Part shown: in pieces, positions 39,685 through 48,784 of the stretch
Position numbering within the stretch: position 1 is the stretch's first letter
Layout of the letters: each line of letters starts with the position of its first letter
IMG/VR virus record: IMGVR_UViG_3300042860_000755
Coordinates: 1-59,275 of that record
Reading direction: 5' to 3' (one strand)
DNA: 59,275 nucleotides
From: a virus
Taxonomy: Duplodnaviria; Caudoviricetes
Program-made: the position numbers and the translations under genes
Notes under the pieces: generated by a model
Told to the model about the DNA's origin: nothing
Seen by the model: the letters and a program-made list of their open reading frames with translations, nothing else
Database searches by the model: none

Positions 39685-39881
39685 TTGATCCTCCAGAGCC
39701 TGACAGAGCCATCTTCCATTGTTCGGGTTGCGAACTCCACGTTATGCTTATCCGCGTAGCGTTTGGCGGAAACCCAAACGGTAACTCGTTTGATGTTTGC
39801 GGGCAGCACGAAGCTATCTCCAACTTCCATTTGGGCAAACGGGTAGGCGTGTGGCATCGGAATGCCTTTTTCAATCTTCAT
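39681..39881 (-). CDS. Conserved small phage protein
   Basis: IEKGIPMP..YPFAQMEVGDSF...VRLWR. Confidence 0.65.
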   Translation of the reverse strand: MKIEKGIPMPHAYPFAQMEVGDSFVLPANIKRVTVWVSAKRYADKHNVEFATRTMEDGSVRLWRIK

Positions 39882-39895
39882 TTCTTGTTTCTCCT

Positions 39896-40084
39896 TCATT
39901 TGACCCTCCGCATTGCCATCCACTCAGGCTCTTTGGACTCAAGCGGTGGCGGGGCCTTTCGCAACTCACTGGGCGGCACCCAGCCGTACTTGCGCCATAA
40001 CTTCTGAACATCAGCGCCTGATGTCCACTTGAATTCTGGATGCCCAACAGGAATCCATGGGTCTGATCGTTTAGCTGCCATCAT
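39896..40084 (-). CDS. Hypothetical protein
   Basis: DVQKLWRKYGWVPPSE; AAGGAG RBS. Confidence 0.55.
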   Translation of the reverse strand: MMAAKRSDPWIPVGHPEFKWTSGADVQKLWRKYGWVPPSELRKAPPPLESKEPEWMAMRRVK

Positions 40085-40301
40085 CACTCTCCTTCTCAAA
40101 AAAAATATCTGCGATTGGCATACTTGCGGATATCCAAAAGCCAGACTTGTTTAAACTCATTCCCCTTGCAATCATTTCTTCTGTCGTCAGGCATCGACGA
40201 TCATGTCCATGATTTCCGACCCGATGTTTGTCAAAGGCAAAGTTGCTGTTGAAATACTGACTACACCCCCGGCACTGATTCTTTTGTCCCGTCAGATTCA
40301 T
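40071..40301 (-). CDS. Zn-finger protein (FDxHR type)
   Basis: CRGC..FNS..AFDKHR...C. Confidence 0.65.
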   Translation of the reverse strand: MNLTGQKNQCRGCSQYFNSNFAFDKHRVGNHGHDRRCLTTEEMIARGMSLNKSGFWISASMPIADIFFEKESDDGS

Positions 40302-40602
40302 TGTTGGCCTCCTTCATGCGACGAACGATCAGGTCGTCTGTTACCAGTTCAGCAAAAGACTTCCCAGATGGGAACCTCATCTGCGCGTGTTTCATGGCGT
40401 TGACGGCATCTATGGCCACTTGTAGCCCGTCATTGAAGCCGCTGACATAAACGTTGCCGCCAGAGATTCGGGCGGTAACCGCTTCTCGCACAAGCTGGGT
40501 CATGGGTATTTTGTTTTTTGCCGCAAACTTCTTGAGCTTGACGTACTCCCGTGGATCAAGGTACGTCAGAAACGGTTTGTAGTTGTTAGAAGGGATCGGC
40601 AT
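40261..40602 (-). CDS. Putative ribbon-helix-helix DNA-binding protein
   Basis: FLTYLDPREYVKLKKFAAKNKIPMTQLVREAV fits the RHH pattern. Confidence 0.55.
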   Translation of the reverse strand: MPIPSNNYKPFLTYLDPREYVKLKKFAAKNKIPMTQLVREAVTARISGGNVYVSGFNDGLQVAIDAVNAMKHAQMRFPSGKSFAELVTDDLIVRRMKEANNESDGTKESVPGV

Positions 40603-40978
40603 TTTGGCTCCAGTTTTCAAAGTCAAGTACGACAGCATCAAACTTCTCTTGGGCATCTGAGTTGCCGTTCAGTTCAGAGCGAGACTGAATGCCACATCGT
40701 TTGCAAAGATTTCTTGCGGCCATTTCTTCATTGATGGCGCTCATGAAAGCCTGGAAGCTTTGCTGTTTACACAGTAGCGCAGCCTTTTGCACGCGGTTTG
40801 TGTATGGCGTTGGCGATTCGTCGTCCTGTATGCGTACAAGGGCACAGGCATAACGAGCGCCAACAAAATCCCGAAGAAGCTCTTCCGGTATTTCATCGGG
40901 GTGCAGGCACAGGGTCAGGACGTAGCCCGTCCTGTCCTGTTTCAATGCAATCTTCCTGGCTTCAAACTGGAGCGCCAT
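40586..40978 (-). CDS. Hypothetical protein
   Basis: 130-aa coupled ORF. Confidence 0.6.
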   Translation of the reverse strand: MALQFEARKIALKQDRTGYVLTLCLHPDEIPEELLRDFVGARYACALVRIQDDESPTPYTNRVQKAALLCKQQSFQAFMSAINEEMAARNLCKRCGIQSRSELNGNSDAQEKFDAVVLDFENWSQNADPF

Positions 40979-41504
40979 TGATCATCTCCGTCAACTCAGA
41001 CACTTGCTGCTTGAGCCCGTTGTTCTCAACGCGCAGACTTGTGTTCTCGCTGATGAGGTCGCGCATCATCTTCTTCTGGTCTGCGTCACGGGCCTGGGCG
41101 ACCTTCATGACATGATTTAAACGGGTGGACACATCACCAAGTCGGCGCTGCATCAAATCCATTTCGTACCAGATGAAGTCAGGGGCGACACCCTCAACAA
41201 TCACCTCCTGCTTCGGCTGCACCTTCCCGGCCAGAAACTCTTCGTTTTCCTTGTTCCGAATCTCAGCCGCAGTGGGCTCGATTGGCGCTTCTTTCAGTGC
41301 CTCACGCTTGCGCTTGGCGACATCTCTCATGGCCTCCGAGAGCGTTGGATTGGGTTTTGCAACCCCGATCCGACTCCGAATGTGGTAGTACTGAGTTTGG
41401 GTGCCGCCAGTTTGCTGGACAAACTCCCTCCACGAAGCAGTCTTATTTTTCCTGAGCCACTTCTTCAGGATCGAGATTCTTTCGTTGGTTGAACGAGAGC
41501 GCAT
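40962..41504 (-). CDS. Hypothetical protein (N-terminal HTH-like, C-terminal coiled coil)
   Basis: AAGGAG RBS; heptad C-terminus. Confidence 0.55.
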   Translation of the reverse strand: MRSRSTNERISILKKWLRKNKTASWREFVQQTGGTQTQYYHIRSRIGVAKPNPTLSEAMRDVAKRKREALKEAPIEPTAAEIRNKENEEFLAGKVQPKQEVIVEGVAPDFIWYEMDLMQRRLGDVSTRLNHVMKVAQARDADQKKMMRDLISENTSLRVENNGLKQQVSELTEMINGAPV

Positions 41505-41522
41505 CTTTCTTCTCCTTTTGGT

Positions 41523-41828
41523 TTAAAACGGCAAGTCAGACCCGTCATCCAAGCCGTCATTCTTGACAACCTGACGGGGCTGCGCAGACTTCTGCTCGGG
41601 GACAAATCGGTCAATCGAAACAGACAGATATGTGCGACCCTGGCTGTCTTGCTTCTTCCACCCACTGAGCTTGACCACCGTCAGGCCGTCGATGGTCTGA
41701 ATGTTGGTCATGTCTTTGAGGTTGATGGCAAGGGTGCCCCAGTAGTCAGGCGACTTTGGGCCTTTCTTGGTCTGGCTGGCACGAAGAGAGCCAGAATCGG
41801 GGTAGGGTTTGTATTGCTTGTCGGACAT
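41523..41828 (-). CDS. Putative ssDNA-binding protein
   Basis: PDYWG..LSGWKK..YLS core and acidic DDGSDLPF tail; adjacent to the SSAP. Confidence 0.6.
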   Translation of the reverse strand: MSDKQYKPYPDSGSLRASQTKKGPKSPDYWGTLAINLKDMTNIQTIDGLTVVKLSGWKKQDSQGRTYLSVSIDRFVPEQKSAQPRQVVKNDGLDDGSDLPF

Positions 41829-41830
41829 GA

Positions 41831-42532
41831 TTACTCCTTGGATTGAAATGAAAGTTTGATGTGGGCGAATGTGTTGCGAACGTTTTCGTACAACTCTGGG
41901 TGGCTATCCTTCAGCTTGTCCAGTTGCGTCTGGTTGGCCTTCCAGTAGCTGTTTAAATCCTTCGCGTCTTTGACCAAGCCTGAGTACTTGATCATGCTGT
42001 CGGCAAACAACTTGGCGTTTGCGTCTGTGCTGCCGGTGTCCATTTGCAGTTCACCTTTGACTTCGCCTGTGCCCTCATCGACCGGCATCACCTTGACAGG
42101 CTCTGCCTCTGGCAAGTCTTCACCGGCGTAGATGTACAAGCCCAGCCCATGCATGGCGATGCCTTTGGTCAGGCAGCGCATCAGGGCGGTGTTGACGTTG
42201 AAGCTGTCAATCTTCTCGATGATTTCGCCGTTGCGGGTCTGCACCTTCCGGCCTTCAAATGTGATTGGCTTGTTGGCCCCGTTCATCACCGGCAGGAAAC
42301 AGGTGATGGGCTTGTTGAACATGATCACCGTGACCATGACCATGGCGGTGTCGTTTATACGCAGGTAGGGCTGGCCATCAAACATCTGGATTTGAAAGCT
42401 GGCCATGGGGTCTGCCTTTAAAGCCTCTGCCCAGGCCCAGGCCCAGGAAAGGTAAGACAGGTTCTGCTTCTTCTCAACGTGTTCATTGACGTTGATCTTT
42501 AGTAACTCACTCGGCGTCATGCGGTTCTCCAA
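41831..42532 (-). CDS. Single-strand annealing protein (Sak3/DUF1071-like)
   Basis: INVNEHVEKK..LSYLSWAWAW; RCLTKGIAMHGLGLYIYAGEDLP. Confidence 0.8.
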   Translation of the reverse strand: MENRMTPSELLKINVNEHVEKKQNLSYLSWAWAWAEALKADPMASFQIQMFDGQPYLRINDTAMVMVTVIMFNKPITCFLPVMNGANKPITFEGRKVQTRNGEIIEKIDSFNVNTALMRCLTKGIAMHGLGLYIYAGEDLPEAEPVKVMPVDEGTGEVKGELQMDTGSTDANAKLFADSMIKYSGLVKDAKDLNSYWKANQTQLDKLKDSHPELYENVRNTFAHIKLSFQSKE

Positions 42533-42562
42533 TCATTGGTTTGGTTGCAAAAGTTTTTGTAT

Positions 42563-42928
42563 TTAAACGCTTCTATCCCATGCGTCTACCTCTCGTGATA
42601 TGGCATCACCGGGGTAAGTCACCTGACCACTTGTCCAGCGTGCTTTGCGTTCTCGGTACTTAAAGAAGTTCTCCAACTCAGGCACCTCCTGCCCCAACTT
42701 ACGGGCATACAAGGCGGTGTAGTTGTTGTTTAACTTGAGGCCATCAGATTTGTTTGTCGCTATTGCATGTTCAAAGCGCAGCACCTCAAACAACGCCTTC
42801 ATGCCGTAATGGTTGCGGCCCGTTCTTTTAATGTCCAAAGCCAATTCTTTAAGTCGGCTATAAACCCACGGGTGATCGGTGTGAAATGCTTCAAACTGTG
42901 CGGCGATCCTATCTTTCATTTGCCCCAC
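42563..42928 (-). CDS. Conserved hypothetical phage protein
   Basis: FH..HP.VY...FEVLRF...KLNNNYTALYARK. Confidence 0.6.
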   Translation of the reverse strand: MGQMKDRIAAQFEAFHTDHPWVYSRLKELALDIKRTGRNHYGMKALFEVLRFEHAIATNKSDGLKLNNNYTALYARKLGQEVPELENFFKYRERKARWTSGQVTYPGDAISREVDAWDRSV

Positions 42929-42930
42929 CT

Positions 42931-43815
42931 TTAATTGCTTGTGTTGCTAAATGGTTGGGCGATGAGTTCCATCTGATACTGGTCGCACCACTGGGCAACG
43001 CCACAGTAGTTGCCAGTGCAACGCTTGGGTTCACCAAGCCGCGTTTCAACATATCCCTTCTCCTTCACGGCCAGTTCGTTGGCCTCATCAATTGATTTAA
43101 ACAACCGGATCGCAGTCTTGCGTCCGTCCCTTTTCACGGCGTATGTCGTCTCAGACATCCACCGCTCTTCTGGTGAACACTCAATCAGAGGCTCACCAAA
43201 ATCTGCGGCCAGCTTGGAGTTGCGGTGCATCTCAAGACGCTCGCGCACATAAGCCTCGGCCGTAACTGCGTCCCACATTGGGATTTCAACCATGTGGATC
43301 GGGGCCTTGGGGTAGCCCTCTCTAGTCTCATGGCGGCTGAAGTCCCTGATCAGGCCGCAGATGCGAAGCCCAACCACCGGAGTCTTCTTAACCCGCTCGA
43401 CCAGCCACTTGTAGAAATTGAGTTGTTGCTCCCACTCAATCTTCTCGTTCATCACAGCCCACGCGGAGGTGAACTTGTAGTCCGTAATCACCAAGCCCTT
43501 TGGGGTGCGCTCCTGAAGGTCAATCGCCCCGGAAATCGTCACACCGTCCACCTCGGTGAACAGGCGCTCCTCAGACACCCAGCCCTCGGTCTCACCCCTC
43601 TCCATCACCACATGAAGGGCAGAGCCCAGCAGGGGCCAAAGCATCTCCGAAACATCCTGCACCATCCCATCGTCATACTGCGCCCGCAGACGCTGTACGC
43701 GAGGAGGAGACATAAGCTCAGTGACGCTGTAGTCAGACTTGCCCTTGCTGTAGTATTTGCCTTCAGCAAGAGTCACAAGGGGTTGTGGTACATTGTGAAC
43801 GTTCGTAACTTTCAT
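42931..43815 (-). CDS. PD-(D/E)xK exonuclease (Cas4/RecB-like)
   Basis: SVTEL, GSALH, ISGAID, DYK, QLNFY and C-terminal Cys cluster; next to the SSAP. Confidence 0.8.
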   Translation of the reverse strand: MKVTNVHNVPQPLVTLAEGKYYSKGKSDYSVTELMSPPRVQRLRAQYDDGMVQDVSEMLWPLLGSALHVVMERGETEGWVSEERLFTEVDGVTISGAIDLQERTPKGLVITDYKFTSAWAVMNEKIEWEQQLNFYKWLVERVKKTPVVGLRICGLIRDFSRHETREGYPKAPIHMVEIPMWDAVTAEAYVRERLEMHRNSKLAADFGEPLIECSPEERWMSETTYAVKRDGRKTAIRLFKSIDEANELAVKEKGYVETRLGEPKRCTGNYCGVAQWCDQYQMELIAQPFSNTSN

Positions 43816-43834
43816 AGGTCTCCAGGGGGTTAAG

Positions 43835-44284
43835 ATGTCAGCGAGCGATGATCATAGTACAAGCACAGAAGGTTTGCAAGCGATATCACAAATTATTTTG
43901 GGGGAGCCTGCGTCCAAGGCGAACAGCCGCAAGATCGTGCGCTTCGGCAATGTCAGCCGATTGATCAAGTCCTCGAAGGCGCTGTCCTACGCAGAGATGT
44001 TTAAACAGCAATGCTCGCCGCTGGCGGTGTTGATGAAGGGCGATCTGCGGGTGACGATGTGGATTCACTACGCCTCACGCAGACCAGACTTGGATGAGTC
44101 TCTAGTCCTTGATCTGATGCAGGGGCTGATCTATGAGAACGACCGTCAGGTCAAAGAGAAGCACATCTACTGGAACCTTGACCCTGGGAATCCCCGCACA
44201 GAGATCATCGTGGAGTGCATCCCTTCTGTCGTGCCAGAAAAAAAGCCCCGCACGGGGCGGGGCAAGAGAAGGGCAACTGCATGA
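43835..44284 (+). CDS. rusA: RusA-like Holliday junction resolvase
   Basis: GEPASKAN, RRPDLD, LDLMQG..YENDRQV, PRTEI. Confidence 0.8.
   Translation: MSASDDHSTSTEGLQAISQIILGEPASKANSRKIVRFGNVSRLIKSSKALSYAEMFKQQCSPLAVLMKGDLRVTMWIHYASRRPDLDESLVLDLMQGLIYENDRQVKEKHIYWNLDPGNPRTEIIVECIPSVVPEKKPRTGRGKRRATA
44238..44263 (-). terminator. Minus-strand intrinsic terminator inside the rusA 3' end
   Basis: GCCCCGC/GCGGGGC stem preceded by A7 on the plus strand. Confidence 0.5.
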
Positions 44285-44392
44285 AGCAGGCGGGTGGAGA
44301 CAACCCGCGCTGTCAGTATACCCCTGATACGTCTGATACGCCGATACGGCTGACGCCCTCCTGCGGAGGGTGTACATGTTTAAACATACAAC

Positions 44393-44421
44393 TTGACAAA
44401 CCATTCGCAGGTTGTTATCCT
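44393..44421 (+). promoter_or_regulatory. Sigma70 promoter
   Basis: TTGACA-17 bp-TATCCT; GTTTAAAC at 44378 just upstream. Confidence 0.7.
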
Positions 44422-44649
44422 CCGGGTCATCGGAGGATAACAACATCCAAGACGCATGGGGATTTGGTGAAGCTCTGAAAGCGCAAGCGCGAGTAGGGTA
44501 GTAGCTCAGTCCCCAGCCGTGTTGGGAAAGCGAATGCTGTTAGTGGCAGTGTAGGACGCTACCCCACTTCAGGTTGATTGCTGACGGGCAATCCGAAAAC
44601 AGTGCAGCGAGTACCAACAACCTACACGCATTTATTTTTACTTGACCTG

Positions 44650-44679
44650 TTGACAGGCGTTGACTTTCTCAGGTAAAGT
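44650..44679 (+). promoter_or_regulatory. Possible sigma70 promoter
   Basis: TTGACA-18 bp-TAAAGT. Confidence 0.5.
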
Positions 44680-44713
44680 CTCTTCATTGCTAGGTGTGAG
44701 AACCCAAGCAAGC

Positions 44714-44815
44714 GAGCCTTCAAGCCTGATCCCGACCCCGCATGGGGTAGCGCGTCGTCCCACAAAGACGAGGTGTTTTCTCACCGGGGTCAGACTTGAA
44801 GGCTTTTTTGTTTTC
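44714..44815 (+). terminator. Long terminator/attenuator hairpin
   Basis: AGCCTTCAAGCCTGATCCC pairs with GGGTCAGACTTGAAGGCT; followed by a T-run. Confidence 0.6.
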
Positions 44816-45085
44816 CACGCCACGCAGTCGTACTCCGCACGTTAGCAAGGGGTCTAAGGGTGCCTGCGCGGAAGCAAAGCTCTACACGGTATGACTTCGG
44901 TCTAGGGGGCAGTTCCCGAACAATCCGTGCGGCTGGTCGCATCGTCAAGCCGAGGGGTGTACGGTATTCAATCCGTAGCATGACGATCCACGCAAGTGGG
45001 GTGAAGTACCTGATCCCTCCCTTCTCTTTGGGGAAGGGGGGTCTTTGGGTGAAATTTAACTTAACGGCGTTTTTAACAGGAGAAA

Positions 45086-45430
45086 GTGATGGGTATCGTA
45101 GAAGAGACGGGAAAGATGATAGAGAAGAGGATATATGAGGCTGCGGAACAGGCGCGGCGTGAGCATCAAACAGAGTGGAATGAGTTGAAGAAGACGGCGC
45201 GGATGGCAGTTTTTGGAGGCACATACACAGTCCCGCAGACCGATACCATGGCGATGATGGAGAAGCGAGAAGAATGGTTGGAGAAAACGCAGCACATGAG
45301 GGTGGTGGCACTCAATGAGGCGTGTGAGGTAGCCAAGGCGCACATTTCGTGCGGTGAATCCATGGCGGCGATAGAAATCACCAGCATGGCGAGTTTGTTC
45401 GCCAAGTTTTTGGTTGATAACGAGGCGTGA
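45086..45430 (+). CDS. Hypothetical protein
   Basis: AGGAG RBS. Confidence 0.55.
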   Translation: MMGIVEETGKMIEKRIYEAAEQARREHQTEWNELKKTARMAVFGGTYTVPQTDTMAMMEKREEWLEKTQHMRVVALNEACEVAKAHISCGESMAAIEITSMASLFAKFLVDNEA

Positions 45431-45459
45431 GTGTTTTTCACTTTTAAAGGAGAGTGAGA

Positions 45460-45672
45460 ATGGTTGAGCGTATCTATGCTGTTTACAACGGGATGTCTGG
45501 CCGTCTGGTCCGGGCCAAGAATCGGTCGCAGGCTCTGAGCCATGTTGCTCAGTCCACATTCAACGTCCGGGTCGCAAGTCAAGATGAGTTGATCACCCTT
45601 CTCGAAAAGGGAGTCAAGGTCGAGTCTGTCCGTGACGCAGATCAGCCAGAGCTTGACCTTGGCGATCAGTAA
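45460..45672 (+). CDS. Conserved small phage protein
   Basis: RIY..RLVRA.NRSQALSHVA..VRVASQDEL; AAGGAG RBS. Confidence 0.65.
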   Translation: MVERIYAVYNGMSGRLVRAKNRSQALSHVAQSTFNVRVASQDELITLLEKGVKVESVRDADQPELDLGDQ

Positions 45673-45679
45673 CGTTTAA

Positions 45680-45916
45680 ATGGAGGCAAGAATGGAACAT
45701 ACCGACATGCTCGTCATCGACCGAGAGAAGTCGTTGAACCTCATTGGCAAAGCGTACATTGACATGAAGAATGGTGACGCTGCGGGGTTCATTGTGACCT
45801 TGCGCGAAGGGAAGGTCAGTCTTGCCACCTTTGACATGGATGAAGTCACGGTGATTGGTTTGATGATCGGACTCATCGAGTCTTCGATTAAAGATGAAGG
45901 GGGAAACAGACACTAG
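45680..45916 (+). CDS. Hypothetical protein
   Basis: Start is 45680 or 45692 (GGAGG RBS). Confidence 0.5.
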   Translation: MEARMEHTDMLVIDREKSLNLIGKAYIDMKNGDAAGFIVTLREGKVSLATFDMDEVTVIGLMIGLIESSIKDEGGNRH

Positions 45917-46031
45917 CCTGAGCGTTGATCACCTCATGCCAATTCCGCGCCGTGCCATACGCCCATGGAGCGTCAGGTAGGTAAGGAATAGTCTGGAGTA
46001 CCCCACCCCCCCACAAACGGAAGAGAGAAAC

Positions 46032-46289
46032 ATGAAAAACGAACAATTCACAAGCGTTGCTGAAGCCATCATTGATGCAGCGCACATCCTTGCCAACAAC
46101 AGGGCCACCACGCCAGAGGGCGCAACGATGGGTGGCCTTGAGCTTCATGGCATGACCATCGCAACGTCAAATGAGCGTATCGCGCAGGCCATTGATGGAC
46201 TCGCTGCCCAGTTTGAAGAGTTGGCCCATCAAATGAGCCGCATCGCAGATGTCATCGAGGGAGACCAAAATGCGCGACTACAAGGCTGA
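46032..46289 (+). CDS. Hypothetical protein
   Basis: Helical 85-aa ORF. Confidence 0.5.
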   Translation: MKNEQFTSVAEAIIDAAHILANNRATTPEGATMGGLELHGMTIATSNERIAQAIDGLAAQFEELAHQMSRIADVIEGDQNARLQG

Positions 46290-46518
46290 ATACCAGAACT
46301 ATGACGGCACCCCCGCAGTCAAGAAGAAGCGGGCGCAGAGAAACAAGGCCCGCAGGATGCTGGAGAGAGAGGGAGTCGTCACCAAAGGCGACGGCAAGGA
46401 TGTGGATCACATCACCCCTCTCGGGAAGGGTGGTAAGACTACCCGCAGCAACTTGCGCGTCAAGTCCGCCACCGCCAACAGATCGTTTAAACGGAAATCT
46501 GATGGCAGCCAAAAATGA
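46270..46518 (+). CDS. Small HNH endonuclease-like protein
   Basis: GDGKDVDHITPL.KGG...NLRV...NRS. Confidence 0.75.
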   Translation: MRDYKAEYQNYDGTPAVKKKRAQRNKARRMLEREGVVTKGDGKDVDHITPLGKGGKTTRSNLRVKSATANRSFKRKSDGSQK

Positions 46519-48194
46519 TTGAAGAGATTCTGCGTCAGCAGTACTTCGACAACACCGCACGGGTCGTATGCCCGTTCTGCTTGCCAGAGCGCAAGAAGAA
46601 AAACATCAAAGACATGACGCTGACCCGCAAGCCTGACGGGGCAGTCCTCTATCACTGCCATCACTGCGCCGCCATGGGATCGGTGCAACCCCCAAAACAG
46701 GAGAGAAAATTGTCAGCCGTACCCAACCCAGTGATCACAAGCGAGAGGCTTGAGGACAGGCATTACGCTTACTTGGAAAGCAGAGGTATCAGTCGCCAGA
46801 CAGCAGACAGAGCAAAGCTGTTCAGTGCAAACAAGTGGTTCGCCAAACTCGGCAGGGCCACAGAGTCAATCGGGTTCCCCTACTTCAGAAACGGGGCATT
46901 GGTCGCAGCCAAGTACCGATCAATCGAAGAGAAAGACTTCACGCAAGAAGGCGGCGGGGCTCATGATTTCTTCGGCCTTGAACACATCGAGAAGGGCCAG
47001 CCCATCATCATCGTCGAGGGTGAGATGGATTGCCTATCCGCCATGGAGGCAGGTTTAAACAACGTGCTTAGTGTTCCCGCCGGAGCGCCCATCAAGGTGG
47101 CAGATGGCAAGGTTCTCCCATCAGAAGATAAACGCTTCGCCTACGTCTGGAACGCCAGAGACATCATCGACGCAGCCCCATACGTCGTGCTTGCAACAGA
47201 CCAAGACACCCCCGGCCAAGCACTCGCAGAAGAGTTGGCAAGGCGCATCGGAAAAGAAAAGTGTCGCGTAGCCAAGTTCGCCAAAAAGGATTTGAACGAA
47301 GTCCTGCTCGATCACCCCTCTCAGGTAGCTACGGTCATCAATGCCGCCGAGCCGTATCCGATCAGCGGCATCAGCGAGGCAGACAAGTTTAAACAGTCAA
47401 TTGAAGACCTCTACGCCAAGGGCAACGGACGTGGCATCAGCACTGGCTATCAGTCCCTGGATGAAATCTACACGGTCGGGCCTGGGCAGTTGACGGTCGT
47501 CACTGGCTACCCTTCATCGGGCAAGTCCAACTTCGTCGATCAGTTGATGGTCAACCTCGCCCGCAAAAACGATTGGAAGTTCGTTGTCTGCTCGTTTGAG
47601 AACCAGCCCGAAACCCACATTGTCAGGCTGATGGAAATCTACACGGGAATGCGTTTCCATGATGGCAGAGACAGGATGAATGCGGAGACAAAAGACAAAG
47701 CGTTTAAATGGGTCAATGATCACTTCATCTTCATGGACACAAACGGTGAAGAGCCAAGCACATTGGAGTCGATACTTGAGCGAGCCAAGGCATCGGTCAA
47801 ACGCATGGGTGTTCGGGGCATGGTGATTGACCCGTACAACTACATTGACATGAGCCGCAAGGATACGGCTGAGACTGAGGCTATCAGCAACATGCTGACC
47901 AAGGTGAGGAAGTTTTGCATGGCGCACGAAGTCCATTGCTGGTTCGTGGCGCATCCAGCCAAGATGACGCGATCAGGGAATGATCAGCCCCGCCCAGATG
48001 GCATGAGCATCAGCGGGTCTATGGCATGGTGGGCAAAGACGGACTGCGGCATCACAGTCCACAGGGGACAGGGCGCAGTCGTCGAGATAGCGGTCTGGAA
48101 GTGCCGCTACAGATGGATTGGTTCTCAGGGTGAGACCAGCCTGCTCTACAACAAGACCGCAGGCATTTACACGGAAAATTTGGATGCATTCTGA
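46515..48194 (+). CDS. Primase-helicase (T7 gp4/Twinkle-like)
   Basis: Zn finger CPFC/CHHC, TOPRIM IIVEGEMD and DQD, Walker A GYPSSGKS, VIDPY, VAHP. Confidence 0.92.
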   Translation: MIEEILRQQYFDNTARVVCPFCLPERKKKNIKDMTLTRKPDGAVLYHCHHCAAMGSVQPPKQERKLSAVPNPVITSERLEDRHYAYLESRGISRQTADRAKLFSANKWFAKLGRATESIGFPYFRNGALVAAKYRSIEEKDFTQEGGGAHDFFGLEHIEKGQPIIIVEGEMDCLSAMEAGLNNVLSVPAGAPIKVADGKVLPSEDKRFAYVWNARDIIDAAPYVVLATDQDTPGQALAEELARRIGKEKCRVAKFAKKDLNEVLLDHPSQVATVINAAEPYPISGISEADKFKQSIEDLYAKGNGRGISTGYQSLDEIYTVGPGQLTVVTGYPSSGKSNFVDQLMVNLARKNDWKFVVCSFENQPETHIVRLMEIYTGMRFHDGRDRMNAETKDKAFKWVNDHFIFMDTNGEEPSTLESILERAKASVKRMGVRGMVIDPYNYIDMSRKDTAETEAISNMLTKVRKFCMAHEVHCWFVAHPAKMTRSGNDQPRPDGMSISGSMAWWAKTDCGITVHRGQGAVVEIAVWKCRYRWIGSQGETSLLYNKTAGIYTENLDAF

Positions 48195-48310
48195 CGGGGT
48201 GTTTTTGTTTTCTACCCGTCCGGGCGTAAGGTGCGAGTGGCCCGTTAAAGATAACCGCATCAGTTTGTCGGGCGTGTTTTTTCACTTTCCTCGCTGACAG
48301 GACAAACAGT

Positions 48311-48339
48311 AAGGGGGGCTCATGGCCCCCCTTTCTTTA
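48311..48339. terminator. Terminator between convergent operons
   Basis: GGGGGGC-TCATG-GCCCCCC followed by TTTCTTT. Confidence 0.6.
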
Positions 48340-48501
48340 TTCAGCCTGGGTGATGGTTTCAACCTCCCATTCGGCGTTGTCGGTGTAATGGTCTTTTTCA
48401 AGTTGATCCCATGCCATGTCTTCTGCCTTTTCTTTTGTTTCGGCCTCGACATGTACCACGACAAAACTGGTGCGGCGATATTCAATCTCAAACTTTTTCA
48501 T
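48337..48501 (-). CDS. Small acidic protein (54 aa, not in ORF track)
   Basis: MKKFEIEYRRTSFVVVHVEAETKEKAEDMAW...; AGGAG RBS; stops at the terminator. Confidence 0.65.
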   Translation of the reverse strand: MKKFEIEYRRTSFVVVHVEAETKEKAEDMAWDQLEKDHYTDNAEWEVETITQAE

Positions 48502-48621
48502 TTAAACGCTCCTGATAAATGGTGCGGGTTCATCCGCGTCTGATGGTTGGAAGGGTGCAGGACGGGGTAGTTGCCCCGGCTTGTCCAGCGGGTTGGGAAA
48601 CGGTGGAAAGGGCCAGTTCAT
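48502..48621 (-). CDS. Small Pro-rich protein
   Basis: MNWPFPPFPNP... Confidence 0.45.
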   Translation of the reverse strand: MNWPFPPFPNPLDKPGQLPRPAPFQPSDADEPAPFIRSV

Positions 48622-48623
48622 GG

Positions 48624-48770
48624 TCAGAACCAGAGATAGAACCCGTGTAGGATTCCGATGGGAAAGAATATTGCCCCGGCCAGCAGGAAACCCCACATTC
48701 CCTCCGCGAAGCAGGTGAATACATGGGTCAACCATGCAAGGAAACACAAGGCCACAAAAAGGTATGCCAT
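48624..48770 (-). CDS. Small two-TM membrane protein (not in ORF track)
   Basis: MAYLFVALCFLAWLTHVFTC...FFPIGILHGFYLWF; CCGGAG RBS. Confidence 0.65.
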   Translation of the reverse strand: MAYLFVALCFLAWLTHVFTCFAEGMWGFLLAGAIFFPIGILHGFYLWF

Positions 48771-48784
48771 CTCATCTCTCCGGT

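Noticed and set aside
42931-43815. Cas4-like nuclease as evidence of CRISPR
   Set aside because: No array or other cas genes; the SSAP/SSB context points to recombination.
44300-45080. tRNA genes or the listed ORFs in the non-coding block
   Set aside because: No cloverleaf with a T-loop consensus; the ORFs lack RBSs and overlap promoters and hairpins.
48282-48491. 69-aa minus-strand ORF from the track
   Set aside because: The alternative frame 48337-48501 has an ATG, an RBS and stops at the terminator.
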